64,000 bases of DNA. Origin: a virus (taxonomy: Duplodnaviria > Heunggongvirae > Uroviricota > Caudoviricetes). Under the pieces are notes generated by a model that saw only the letters and a list, made by a program, of their open reading frames with translations, was not told the origin of the DNA and searched no databases. Position 1 is the stretch's first letter, and the number at the start of each line of letters is the position of its first letter. Shown piece after piece: positions 1-9,704 of this stretch. A program made the position numbers and the translations under genes. Location of the stretch: IMG/VR virus record IMGVR_UViG_2684623127_000005; one strand, 5' to 3'.

Positions 1-756
1 AGTGCCCTTAAGGAGTATGAGGATGCGGAACTGACAGCGGCGCGTATTGCTGCGGCGCTGGGACTGTATATCCGTAAAGGTGACGGACAGGACTATGAAG
101 ATCCGGGGATCAAAGAGACCGAGCGGGAAGTCCATATCACCCCGGGTATTATTTATGACGATTTGCGCAAGGGCGAGGATATCGGCATGGTCAAATCTGA
201 CCGTCCCAATCCCAACCTTGAAACTTTCCGCAACGGCCAGTTGCGTGCAGTGGCAGCAGGCAGTCGTCTGAGTTTTTCCAGTGCGGCGCGTAACTATAAC
301 GGCACCTACAGCGCCCAGCGGCAGGAGCTGGTCGAGTCCACGGATGGTTACCTGATCCTGCAGGACTGTTTTATTGGCGCGGTAACCCGCCCGGTGTACC
401 GGACATGGCTGAATATGGTGGTTGCGGCAGGTCTGCTGAAAATTCCGGCGGATGTGGAGATGAAAACGCTATATAACGCGACGTATTCCGGTCCGGTGAT
501 GCCGTGGATCGACCCGGTTAAGGAAGCTGAAGCCTGGAGAATTCAGATCCGGGGTGGTGCAGCGACAGAATCTGACTGGGTGCGTGCCGGTGGGCGCAAT
601 CCGGATGAGGTCAAACGTCGCCGCAAGGCTGAAATTGATGAAAACAGCAGACTGGGGCTGGTCTTTGATACTGACCCCGTCAACGACAAAGGAGGCAACA
701 GTGCCGGAACTGAACGACAGTATCAGCGCGACACCGAAAGCCAGCATGAAGAATAA
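1..756 (+). CDS. phage portal protein, C-terminal part (5'-truncated by window edge)
   Basis: Frame open from base 1 to stop at 754-756; translated tail is near-identical to the C-terminus of the complete portal at 45243..46745. Confidence 0.8.
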   Translation, partial: SALKEYEDAELTAARIAAALGLYIRKGDGQDYEDPGIKETEREVHITPGIIYDDLRKGEDIGMVKSDRPNPNLETFRNGQLRAVAAGSRLSFSSAARNYNGTYSAQRQELVESTDGYLILQDCFIGAVTRPVYRTWLNMVVAAGLLKIPADVEMKTLYNATYSGPVMPWIDPVKEAEAWRIQIRGGAATESDWVRAGGRNPDEVKRRRKAEIDENSRLGLVFDTDPVNDKGGNSAGTERQYQRDTESQHEE

Positions 757-2725
757 ATCCTGGTTCAGGATGCAAGCTGGGGGGCCGGGTGACGCGGATA
801 TTTATATTTATGACGAGATTGGTTTCTGGGGAGTTACCGCGAAGCAGTTTGTCAGCGAACTGAATGCACTGGGTGATATCACCCACATTAATCTCCATAT
901 CAATTCACCGGGTGGCGATGTCTTTGAAGGCATCGCCATTTTTAATGCCCTGAAAAATCAGGGGGCGACCATTACCGTGTATGTGGATGGCGTTGCCGCC
1001 TCGATGGCATCTGTGATTGCGATGGCCGGTGATACGGTCATTATGCCGGAAAATGCCTTCATGATGATCCATAAGCCATGGGGATTCAGTGGCGGGGATG
1101 CTGAGGATATGCGCAGTTATGCCGATTTGCTGGATAAAGTCGAATCGGTACTGTTGCCAGCCTATGCGCAGAAAACCGGAAAAACCACCGATGAAATTGC
1201 CGCCATGCTGGCGGATGAAACCTGGATGTCCGGTGCCGAATGTCTGGCACACGGATTTGCTGACCAGGTGACACCCGCTGTTGAGGCAATGGCATGTATT
1301 CAGTCAAAACGTACAGAGGAATTTAAAAAGATGCCGGAATCCATCCGAAACATGATTACTCCGCCACGCAACAGTGCCCCGCGTGATACCACAGTGACAA
1401 TCCCTGCACCGGCGGTAACAGAACCATCACCGGTACCGGCAGTGTCTGATGAGGCGACCATTCGCGCCCGCGTTATGGCTGAGCAGAAAGCCCGCATGTC
1501 AGGCATTAACGATCTGTTTGCCATGTTCGGCGGTCGCTATCAGACGCTTCAGGCACAGTGCGTGGCTGATCCTGACTGTTCGCTGGAAATGGCCCGTGAA
1601 CGTCTGCTGAATGAAATGGGCAAGGAGTCCTCGCCGACCAACAAAAATACACCGGCCCATATTTATGCCGGAAACGGCAATTTTGTGGGGGACGGGATCC
1701 GCCAGGCGATGCTGGCCCGTGCCGGATTTGAAAATGTCGAGAAGGATAACGCCTATAACGGGATGACCCTGCGTGAATGGGCTCGCATGTCACTGACGGA
1801 GCGCGGTATTGGGGTGGCCAGTTATAACCCCATGCAGATGGTCGGGCTGGCGCTGACGCACAGCACCTCTGATTTTGGCAATATTCTGCTGGATGTGTCG
1901 AACAAGGGGCTGATCCAGGGCTGGGAGGAATCAGAAGAAACCTTCCAGAAGTGGACCCGTAAGGGACGCCTGTCAGACTTCAAAACAGCGTATCGCGTGG
2001 GGATGGGCGGTTTTGGTTCTCTGCGCCAGGTTCGTGAGGGGGCGGAGTATAAATACATCACCACCTCAGATCGCAAGGAGACCATTGCACTGGCCACTTA
2101 CGGGGAGATTTTCTCCATCACCCGCCAGGCCATTATCAATGATGATCTGAATATGCTGGTGGACGTGCCGATGAAGATGGGGCGTGCGGCGAAGGCAACG
2201 ATTGGTGACCTGGTCTACAAGGTGCTGACGGATAACCCGAAACTGTCCGACGGTAAGGCGCTGTTCCATGCCGATCACAAAAATATTGCCACCGGGGGGA
2301 TCTCCGTTTCCGGACTGGATGCGGCCCGTCAGATGATGCGCCTGCAGAAAGAAGGCGATCGTGCCCTGAATATCCGTCCGGCCTTTATGCTGGTACCGGT
2401 GGCACTGGAGACGGTGGCGAACCAGACCATCAAATCGGCCAGTGTGAAAGGGGCGGATGCAAACGCCGGTGTCATTAACCCTATCCAGAACTTTGCTGAG
2501 GTGATTGCAGAAGCGCGTCTTGATGCGGCAGACCCGAAAACCTGGTATCTGGCGGCGGCACAGGGCACTGACACCATTGAAGTGGCCTGGCTGGATGGTG
2601 TGGACACGCCATACATTGATCAGCAGGAAGGTTTCACCACTGACGGCATTGCCACAAAAATCCGTATTGATGCCGGAGTGGCACCACTTGACTGGCGCGG
2701 GCTGGTGCGTTCGTCGGTGGCCTGA
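701..2725 (+). CDS. prohead protease (ClpP-like) / scaffold / major capsid fusion protein
   Basis: N-terminal ClpP-like serine protease signature (NSPGGDVFEGIAIFNAL...ASMAS), large C-terminal capsid-like domain; GTG start at 701 preceded by AAAGGAGG (alternative ATG at 746 overlapping portal stop); strong terminator downstream. Confidence 0.7.
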   Translation: MPELNDSISATPKASMKNKSWFRMQAGGPGDADIYIYDEIGFWGVTAKQFVSELNALGDITHINLHINSPGGDVFEGIAIFNALKNQGATITVYVDGVAASMASVIAMAGDTVIMPENAFMMIHKPWGFSGGDAEDMRSYADLLDKVESVLLPAYAQKTGKTTDEIAAMLADETWMSGAECLAHGFADQVTPAVEAMACIQSKRTEEFKKMPESIRNMITPPRNSAPRDTTVTIPAPAVTEPSPVPAVSDEATIRARVMAEQKARMSGINDLFAMFGGRYQTLQAQCVADPDCSLEMARERLLNEMGKESSPTNKNTPAHIYAGNGNFVGDGIRQAMLARAGFENVEKDNAYNGMTLREWARMSLTERGIGVASYNPMQMVGLALTHSTSDFGNILLDVSNKGLIQGWEESEETFQKWTRKGRLSDFKTAYRVGMGGFGSLRQVREGAEYKYITTSDRKETIALATYGEIFSITRQAIINDDLNMLVDVPMKMGRAAKATIGDLVYKVLTDNPKLSDGKALFHADHKNIATGGISVSGLDAARQMMRLQKEGDRALNIRPAFMLVPVALETVANQTIKSASVKGADANAGVINPIQNFAEVIAEARLDAADPKTWYLAAAQGTDTIEVAWLDGVDTPYIDQQEGFTTDGIATKIRIDAGVAPLDWRGLVRSSVA

Positions 2726-2747
2726 TAACCGCGTTATCACAATCACT

Positions 2748-2766
2748 GCCCGAAAGGGCTTTTTTT
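2748..2766 (+). terminator. rho-independent terminator after capsid gene
   Basis: GCCCGAAAGGGC hairpin followed by run of 7 T. Confidence 0.6.
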
Positions 2767-2812
2767 ATGCCTGAAAAACAGCCCCACAGGGGCTGTCCGG
2801 AGAAACAGCATT

Positions 2813-3139
2813 ATGGCGAAAAATTTTGTACAGGACGGTACCACCATTGAACTGGTGAATGCCGGAGATCAGACCATCCTGAGCGGTGCTGCGGTGGTGG
2901 TCGGCAGTATGGTGGCCGTGGCCATTACCGATATTCCTGCCGGTGAGGCCGGTGACGGTTTTGCCGAAGGCGTGTTCCTGCTGCCCAAACAGTCTGCTGA
3001 CGACATTCAGTCCGGCGCGGTGGTTTATCTGAAGGACGGGGTTGTGCAGCTGGCTGCAGACGGTGCGGTGGCAGCGGGGGTAGCCTGGGAAAATGCCCCT
3101 GCAAACAGCGCCACTGTGGCGGTAAAAATCAATGTCTGA
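2813..3139 (+). CDS. small head-associated structural protein (DUF2190-like, Ala/Gly/Val-rich)
   Basis: Position between capsid gene and tail-completion genes (lambda FI/D-like slot); composition typical of head decoration/completion proteins. Confidence 0.45.
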   Translation: MAKNFVQDGTTIELVNAGDQTILSGAAVVVGSMVAVAITDIPAGEAGDGFAEGVFLLPKQSADDIQSGAVVYLKDGVVQLAADGAVAAGVAWENAPANSATVAVKINV

Positions 3140-3413
3140 TCTGTTTACGCGAATGTGTTGCCGGATGGACGTGGCGACCGTTCGGGTGATGGGCAAACAG
3201 GCGGAGATTAACGGCGTCGTGTACGACGTGATGCCGGAGGAAGAGTCCGCGGAGATGGGGGCGCTTTCGGGCAGCCAGTTGTCACTGGTGGTGTTTTCAG
3301 CCCGGTACCGTCCGGCCCGTCATGATGTTGTTGTGTTTGCGGGGCGCACACTGACGGTGACCCGTTATGACACGTACAACGGTAAACCCCGGATTTTTGT
3401 CGAACAGGAATGA
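3132..3413 (+). CDS. head-tail joining protein (FII-like), putative
   Basis: Gene order (immediately upstream of Z homolog); overlapping start with previous gene. Confidence 0.45.
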   Translation: MSDLFTRMCCRMDVATVRVMGKQAEINGVVYDVMPEEESAEMGALSGSQLSLVVFSARYRPARHDVVVFAGRTLTVTRYDTYNGKPRIFVEQE

Positions 3414-3415
3414 GT

Positions 3416-4039
3416 ATGGCAATAAAAGGTCTGGCGCAGGCCATGAAAAATCTGGATGCAATTGATCGCCGTGCCGTTCCCCGGGCCTCTGCCACGACAC
3501 TGAACCGAGTGGCGGGGGCCATTATTGCGAAAACGGCCTCTTCAGTTGCCAGGGAGCTGGCCGTTCCCCGTCGTCTTATCCGTGCCCGCATCCGGTTAAG
3601 TCCGGCACGACCGGATAAGGTTTACGCAAAGGTTTACATCAATACCGGCAACCTGCCCGCCATCAAACTGGGGGAGGCCCGCGTTCGACTTTCCCGCAGA
3701 AAACGGAGAAAGAAAGGACAGCGTGCGGCCCTGAAAGGGGGCGGCAGTGTGCTGATTGTGGGGAAAAGACGGATCCCGGACGCCTTTATCACCCGGCTGG
3801 CTAACGGACGCTGGCATGTGATGCAGCGTATGCCGTGGGCATCATCATCCACCGGCGCGGACAGCAAAGGGAGGCCGAAACGCCACCGTCTGCCGATCGA
3901 AGTGGTGAAGATTACGACTGCCGGACCGCTGGCAGAAACCTTTGAACGTGAACGGGACCGGATGTACCGGGAAAAATTACCGGCGCAGATGATGAAAGCC
4001 ATGACGCATCAGTTACGCCTGGTGCTGAAAAGAAAATGA
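3416..4039 (+). CDS. Z: tail completion protein Z
   Basis: Protein MAIKGLAQAMKNLD...GQRAALKGGGSVLIVGKRRIPDAFITRLANGRWHVMQR closely resembles lambda gpZ; ATG at 3416 with AGGAA SD (ORF-track start 3410 also possible). Confidence 0.85.
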   Translation: MAIKGLAQAMKNLDAIDRRAVPRASATTLNRVAGAIIAKTASSVARELAVPRRLIRARIRLSPARPDKVYAKVYINTGNLPAIKLGEARVRLSRRKRRKKGQRAALKGGGSVLIVGKRRIPDAFITRLANGRWHVMQRMPWASSSTGADSKGRPKRHRLPIEVVKITTAGPLAETFERERDRMYREKLPAQMMKAMTHQLRLVLKRK

Positions 4040-4051
4040 CTGGGAGGGTGT

Positions 4052-4450
4052 ATGAAACACCGTGAAATACGGGCGGCAGTTCTGTCTGCCCTGAAAGAAA
4101 ATATTTCTGAGAGGGTGAGCTGGTTTGACGGTCGCCCGGTTTTTATTGATGAACAGGAACTGCCTGCTGTTGCTGTTTACCTGACAGATGCGTCTGCTGC
4201 TGACGAGTTCGTTGATGAGGGAACCTGGGAGGCGACACTGCATATTGAGGTTTTTCTCAGGGCAAAAGAACCGGACTCGGCACTGGATATGTGGATGGAA
4301 GAAAAAATTCTTCCTGCGCTGGAGGCAGTTCCCGGGCTCAGTGCATTACTGCTGAAGATGAATCTTCAGGGGTATGACTACCGCCGGGATGATGAGTTTA
4401 TGATGTGGGGATCGGCAGATCTCCTGTGGAAAATTACCTACGAGATGTGA
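4052..4450 (+). CDS. U: tail terminator protein U
   Basis: [11 protein letters not shown]...LHIEVFL...GYDYRRDD...ITYEM matches lambda gpU along full length. Confidence 0.9.
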   Translation: MKHREIRAAVLSALKENISERVSWFDGRPVFIDEQELPAVAVYLTDASAADEFVDEGTWEATLHIEVFLRAKEPDSALDMWMEEKILPALEAVPGLSALLLKMNLQGYDYRRDDEFMMWGSADLLWKITYEM

Positions 4451-4457
4451 GGACGAT

Positions 4458-5210
4458 ATGGCAACACCAAATCCCCTTGAGCCGGTAAAAGGTGCCGGTA
4501 CCACTCTGTGGGTTTACAACGGCAAGGGTGATGCTTATGCAAACCCGTTGTCAGACGATGACTGGCAGCGACTGGCTAAGGTGAAGGATCTGACGCCGGG
4601 CGAGATGACGGCAGAACCCTACGATGATAACTACCTGGATGATGAAGACGCGGACTGGACCGCGACCGGGCAGGGGCAGAAGTCTGCAGGAGATACCAGT
4701 TTTACGCTGGCCTGGAAACCGGGAGAAGAAGGTCAGAAAGGGCTTATAGGCTGGTTTGAAAGCGGGGATGTGCGGGCCTATAAAATCCGTTTCCCAAATG
4801 GCACGGTGGATGTGTTCCGTGGCTGGGTCAGCAGTATCGGTAAGGCCGTGACGGCGAAAGAAGTGATCACCCGCACGGTGAAAGTCACTAACGTGGGCAA
4901 ACCTTCCGTGGCGGAAGAACGCAGCGAAATTACGCCGGCCACTGCAATTAAGGTGACACCGACATCCGGTACGGTGGCAAAAGGGAAAACAACCACCCTG
5001 ACGGTTTCTTTTGAGCCGGAAAGTGCAACCGACAAGACGTTCAGAGCGGTTTCCGCCGATCCGTCGAAAGCCACCATTAGTGTGAAAGATATGACAATTA
5101 CGGTAAACGGCGTGGCGACAGGTAAGGTGCAGATCCCTGTGGTGAGCGGAAATGGTCAGTTCGCCGCAGTGGCTGAAGTCACCGTTACTGAAGCGGGCGC
5201 TGCAGGGTAA
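4458..5210 (+). CDS. V: major tail tube protein V (with C-terminal Ig-like domain)
   Basis: [28 protein letters not shown]...[41 protein letters not shown] matches lambda gpV. Confidence 0.9.
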   Translation: MATPNPLEPVKGAGTTLWVYNGKGDAYANPLSDDDWQRLAKVKDLTPGEMTAEPYDDNYLDDEDADWTATGQGQKSAGDTSFTLAWKPGEEGQKGLIGWFESGDVRAYKIRFPNGTVDVFRGWVSSIGKAVTAKEVITRTVKVTNVGKPSVAEERSEITPATAIKVTPTSGTVAKGKTTTLTVSFEPESATDKTFRAVSADPSKATISVKDMTITVNGVATGKVQIPVVSGNGQFAAVAEVTVTEAGAAG

Positions 5211-5223
5211 ACGGAGGTAATAC

Positions 5224-5646
5224 ATGTTTCTGAAAACAGAACAATTTGAATATAACGGTGTGTCCGTCACGCTTTCCGAATTGTCTGCGCTGCAGCGGTT
5301 TGATTATATAAAGTTTGTTTCAGACGCAGAACAACAGGAGACAACGAAGCATGATGTCGTGCACATTAACCAGCGATATCTGGAAACGGCATCCCTGCTT
5401 GTGGCGATGTCGCTATGGCATTCCCATTCCCTCAAAGGCACTCTGGCCTCTCCGGAGACAGAGATGCAGCAGATCCGCCGTGAAGTGATGCTGGGATGGC
5501 CTGCTGATGCACTGAATCAGGCAACGAACCGGGTGCTTTATCTTTCAGGTATGCTGGATAACCGGCACGATGCCGATCCTGAACCAACCGGGAAAACAGA
5601 AGCGACTGAGCCGGTAACATCAAAAAAGCATTCGAAGGCGAGCTGA
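5224..5646 (+). CDS. G: tail assembly chaperone G
   Basis: MFLKTEQFEYNGVSVTLSELSALQR... matches lambda gpG. Confidence 0.85.
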   Translation: MFLKTEQFEYNGVSVTLSELSALQRFDYIKFVSDAEQQETTKHDVVHINQRYLETASLLVAMSLWHSHSLKGTLASPETEMQQIRREVMLGWPADALNQATNRVLYLSGMLDNRHDADPEPTGKTEATEPVTSKKHSKAS

Positions 5647-5981
5647 ACTTTGTCCTGAAACTGGCGCGTGAGATGGGGAGAGCCGACTGGCGCGCCATGC
5701 TTGCCGGGATGACATCCACCGAATATGCCGACTGGCGACGTTTTTACTGCACGCATTATTTTCAGGATACCCAGCTGGATATGCATTTTTCCGGGCTGAT
5801 GTACGCCGTACTCAGCCTGTTTTTTTGCGATCCGGATATGCATCCGGCGGATTTCAGCCTGTTCGCTCCGGAGGCAGAGGAAGGACAGGCGGAGACGCCG
5901 GACGAAAATGATGTACTGATGCAGAAGGCGGCGGGCCTCGCCGGTGGAGTCCGTTTCGGGGAGGAGGGAAGGAGGTTGTGA
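5224..5981 (+). CDS. T: tail assembly chaperone G-T fusion made by programmed -1 ribosomal frameshift
   Basis: Slippery heptamer A_AAA_AAG at 5622-5628 near the 3' end of G; the -1 frame stays open to 5981 and encodes a gpT-like extension (..KKAFEGELNFVLKLAREMGRADWRAML..). Confidence 0.7.
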
Positions 5982-6024
5982 CAGTTATTGATGGTATCAG
6001 AGGACATTTCAGGAGGTGACCACG

Positions 6025-8670
6025 ATGGCAGGTAATTTTGCCGATCTGACAGCCGTGCTGACACTGGATTCTGCCCGTTTTTCTGAAGAGGCAGCGCGGG
6101 TAAAAAAAGAGCTGGGTGAAACCAGTGCGCTTGCTGATTTGATGTCCGGGAAAGTCAGTCAGTCTTTCAGAAAACAGGCTGATGCTGCTGAGCAGAGTCT
6201 GAGCCGACAGGCGCTGGCTGCACAAAAAGCCGGGATATCAGTCGGACAGTATAAGGCTGCCATGCGCACACTGCCCGCACAGTTCACGGATATTGTCACT
6301 CAGCTTGCCGGTGGTCAGAATCCCTTCCTTATCATGCTGCAGCAGGGGGGGCAGATCAGCGATTCATTCGGTGGACCGCTCAGCCTGCTTACCCTGCTGA
6401 AGGAGGAACTTCTCGGGATCAGGGATGCCTCTGAATCATCAGAGGAGTCGCTGTCAGATACGGCAAATGCACTGGCTGAAAATGCCCGGAATGCCGGTGA
6501 GCTGGGACGATTTATGTCGGTGGCCCGTGTGGCGGCAGGTGGCGGGGTTGCCGTACTGGCCGCGCTTGCTGCCGCCGCCTGGCAGGCAGAGCAGGCTGAC
6601 CGGGCCTTATTGCGTTCACTGACCCTGACCGGAGGGGCTGCTGCCACCACAACGGCAGAATTGTGGAAAATGGCCGGGGTGATCAGCGATGAAGCCGGTG
6701 GTGGTATCAGACAGGCGGCAGAAAATCTGGCCCGTCTGGCAGAAAGCGGGAAATATACCGCCGGGCAGCTACGGATCATGGGGGAAACCTCTCAGAGATG
6801 GCTGCAGACGGTGGGGGACGATGCCGGGAAGGTGGAAAAAGCCTTTGAAGGGATTGCAGCAGATCCGGTGAAGGCGCTGGCCTCCCTGAATCAGCAGTAT
6901 AACTTCCTGAGCGTTTCCCAGTTACGCCATATTGATGAGCTTGAGCGCACGAAAGGTAAACAGGCTGCGGTGACGGAGGCGATGTCCCTGTTTGCGGATG
7001 TCATGAATGCACGTCTGGAGCAACTTGATAAAGCGGCCACGCCGGTGGAAAAAATCTGGGACGATGTTAAAACCTGGACTTCTGACGCATGGGCATGGAT
7101 AGGTGATCATACACTGGGGGCACTCAGTCTGATCACTGACGTGGTGGCAGGAACCGTTGAACAGGTGAAGCTGCTGCTTGTGCAGGGGGATCTGGCGCTG
7201 GCTGAATTTATTCAGTCAGCCTGGGAAACGACAAAGAATGTGCCCGGCGTTGGTGCGTTGTTTGGTGAACTGGCAGAAGAGAACCGCGTATTTATTGAGA
7301 AAACAAAACGTGATGAACTGGCGCTGAGAAAATCCATTGCGGAACGGGATGCGCGTATACGCCAGGGGGAAATGGGGTACATCAACCGTTCGCGTGCAAC
7401 AGGCGTCAGCAAAGGTCCGGGGCAGCAGGAAGCCGTCAGCCGTCTGGCTGAAGAGCTGACAGGTAAAAAGCATACATCACCGAAAACGCGCTCTGCCGGG
7501 GAGAGGGAAGAGGAGCAGGCAAGAGAGGCTCTGCTTGCCCTTGAAGCTGAGCTCAGGACGCTGGAAAAACACAGCGGTGCGAATGAGAAAATCAGCCGGC
7601 AGCGCCGTGATTTATGGAAGGCGGAAAGTCAGTATGCGGTCCTGAAAGAGGCTGCCACGAAACGACAGTTATCTGAGCAGGAAAAATCCCTGCTGGCGCA
7701 TAAAGACGAGACGCTGGAGTACAAACGCCAGCTGGCTGAGCTGGGCGACAAGGTTGAATACCAGAAACGCCTGAATGAGCTGGCACAGCAGGCGGTGCGG
7801 TTTGAAGAGCAGCAGAGCGCGAAGCAGGCCGCCATCAGCGCAAAAGCCCGCGGTCTCACTGACCGTCAGGCGCAGCGGGAGTCTGAAGCGCAGCGTCTTC
7901 GGGACGTGTACGGTGATAATCCGGCTGCGCTGGCGAAGGCCACATCGGCACTGAAGAACACCTGGTCTGCGGAGGAGCAGCTTCGTGGAAGCTGGATGGC
8001 CGGGCTGAAGTCCGGCTGGGGCGAGTGGGCGGAAAGTGCGACGGACAGTTTTTCGCAGGTTAAAAGTGCTGCCACGCAGACCTTTGACGGTATTGCACAG
8101 AATATGGCGGCGATGCTGACCGGTGCAGAGGCAGACTGGCGGGGATTCACCCGTTCGGTGCTGTCCATGATGACAGAAATCCTGCTTAAACAGGCCATGG
8201 TGGGCATTGTCGGGCGTATCGGCAGCGCCATTGGCGGTGCTTTCGGTGGTGGTGCGTCTGCCTCCACGGGGACGGCCATTCAGGCTGCGGCGGCGAACTT
8301 CCATTTCGCGACCGGGGGATTTACGGGGACGGGGGGTAAATATGAACCTGCGGGAATTGTTCATCGCGGGGAGTTTGTCTTCACGAAGGAGGCAACCAGC
8401 CGGATTGGCGTCGGCAACCTGTACCGCCTGATGCGGGGCTATGCGGAAGGGGGTTATGTGGGCGGTGCCGGAAGTCCGGCGCAGATGCGGCGGACGGAAG
8501 GCATTAATTTTAATCAGAACAATCACGTGGTGATTCAGAACGACGGCACCAACGGACAGGCGGGGCCGCAGCTGATGAAGGCGGTGTATGACATGGCCCG
8601 CAAGGGGGCGCAGGATGAGCTCCGGCTGCAGTTGCGTGATGGCGGTATGTTATCGGGGAGCAGGCGATGA
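6025..8670 (+). CDS. H: tail tape measure protein H
   Basis: Long stretches near-identical to lambda gpH (LLALEAELRTLEKHSGANEKISRQRRDLWKAESQYAVLKEAA..., ATGGFTGTGGKYEPAGIVHRGEFVFTKEATSRIGVGNLYRLMRGYA); ATG 6025 with AGGAGG 8 nt upstream. Confidence 0.9.
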   Translation: MAGNFADLTAVLTLDSARFSEEAARVKKELGETSALADLMSGKVSQSFRKQADAAEQSLSRQALAAQKAGISVGQYKAAMRTLPAQFTDIVTQLAGGQNPFLIMLQQGGQISDSFGGPLSLLTLLKEELLGIRDASESSEESLSDTANALAENARNAGELGRFMSVARVAAGGGVAVLAALAAAAWQAEQADRALLRSLTLTGGAAATTTAELWKMAGVISDEAGGGIRQAAENLARLAESGKYTAGQLRIMGETSQRWLQTVGDDAGKVEKAFEGIAADPVKALASLNQQYNFLSVSQLRHIDELERTKGKQAAVTEAMSLFADVMNARLEQLDKAATPVEKIWDDVKTWTSDAWAWIGDHTLGALSLITDVVAGTVEQVKLLLVQGDLALAEFIQSAWETTKNVPGVGALFGELAEENRVFIEKTKRDELALRKSIAERDARIRQGEMGYINRSRATGVSKGPGQQEAVSRLAEELTGKKHTSPKTRSAGEREEEQAREALLALEAELRTLEKHSGANEKISRQRRDLWKAESQYAVLKEAATKRQLSEQEKSLLAHKDETLEYKRQLAELGDKVEYQKRLNELAQQAVRFEEQQSAKQAAISAKARGLTDRQAQRESEAQRLRDVYGDNPAALAKATSALKNTWSAEEQLRGSWMAGLKSGWGEWAESATDSFSQVKSAATQTFDGIAQNMAAMLTGAEADWRGFTRSVLSMMTEILLKQAMVGIVGRIGSAIGGAFGGGASASTGTAIQAAAANFHFATGGFTGTGGKYEPAGIVHRGEFVFTKEATSRIGVGNLYRLMRGYAEGGYVGGAGSPAQMRRTEGINFNQNNHVVIQNDGTNGQAGPQLMKAVYDMARKGAQDELRLQLRDGGMLSGSRR

Positions 8671-8996
8671 AAACATTTCGCTGGAAAGTGAAGCCGGATA
8701 TGGAGGTGAACTCGCAGCCATCGGTGCGTGAAGTGCGTTTTGGTGACGGGTATTCGCAGCGTATGGCGGCGGGGCTGAATGCTGACCTGAAAACATACCG
8801 TGTGACGCTTTCCGTGACCCGGGAGGAGGCCCGACATCTGGAGGCATTCCTGGCAGAGCACGGAGGCTGGAAGGCATTTTTGTGGAAGCCACCCTATGCA
8901 TACCGGCAGATAAAGGTGACCTGTGCCGGGTGGTCTGCGCGGGTCGGGATGTTGCGCGTTGAGTTCAGCGCGGAGTTTAAGCAGGTGGTGAACTGA
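8667..8996 (+). CDS. M: minor tail protein M
   Basis: MKTFRWKVKPDMEV...RVEFSAEFKQVVN matches lambda gpM. Confidence 0.9.
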   Translation: MKTFRWKVKPDMEVNSQPSVREVRFGDGYSQRMAAGLNADLKTYRVTLSVTREEARHLEAFLAEHGGWKAFLWKPPYAYRQIKVTCAGWSARVGMLRVEFSAEFKQVVN

Positions 8997-9694
8997 TGCA
9001 GGATATTCACGAAGAAAGTCTGAACGAGTCGGTTAAATCAGAGCAGTCACCGCGGGTGGTACTCTGGGAAATCGACCTGACGGCGCAGGGCGGTGAGCGG
9101 TATTTTTTCTGCAATGAGCTGAATGAAAAAGGGGAGGCGGTTACCTGGCAGGGGCGGCAATATCAGGCATACCCGATTGACGGCAGTGGCTTTGAGATGA
9201 ACGGGAAGGGCAGCAGTGCCAGACCGTCGCTGACGGTGTCGAATCTGTTTGGTCTGGTCACCGGGATGGCGGAGGACCTGCAGAGCCTGGTGGGGGCCAC
9301 GGTGGTCCGCCGCCGGGTGTATGCCCGTTTTCTGGATGCGGTGAATTTTGTGGCAGGCAATCCTGAGGCAGACCCTGAGCAGGAGCTGACGGACCGGTGG
9401 GTGGTGGAGCAGATGTCATCGCTGACGGCCATGACGGCCTCGTTTGTGCTGGCGACACCGACGGAGACGGACGGGGCGCTGTTTCCCGGTCGCATCATGC
9501 TGGCGAACACCTGTATGTGGGATTACCGGGGCGATGAATGCGGGTATAACGGTCCGGCAGTGGCGGATGAGTTCGACAACCCCACCACGGATATCCGGAA
9601 GGACAGATGCAGTAAATGCATGCGCGGGTGTGAGATGCGCGGCATGGTGGCTAATTTTGGCGGTTTCCTTTCCATCAATAAACTTTCGCAGTAA
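8996..9694 (+). CDS. L: minor tail protein L
   Basis: MQDIHEESLNES...GRIMLANTCMW...NFGGFLSINKLSQ matches lambda gpL. Confidence 0.9.
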   Translation: MQDIHEESLNESVKSEQSPRVVLWEIDLTAQGGERYFFCNELNEKGEAVTWQGRQYQAYPIDGSGFEMNGKGSSARPSLTVSNLFGLVTGMAEDLQSLVGATVVRRRVYARFLDAVNFVAGNPEADPEQELTDRWVVEQMSSLTAMTASFVLATPTETDGALFPGRIMLANTCMWDYRGDECGYNGPAVADEFDNPTTDIRKDRCSKCMRGCEMRGMVANFGGFLSINKLSQ

Positions 9695-9704
9695 ATCCTG
9701 TTTT

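Noticed and set aside
7669-8526. 285-aa minus-strand ORF inside the tape measure gene (and its copy at 53658-54515)
   Set aside because: Antisense shadow of gene H; Arg/Pro-rich low-complexity translation, no start context, the sense frame has strong lambda gpH homology.
9444-9704. N-terminal extension of the K ORF in the ORF track (and 554-700 extension of the capsid ORF)
   Set aside because: True starts are supported by homology to lambda proteins and SD sequences; the extensions overlap the 3' ends of upstream genes in other frames.
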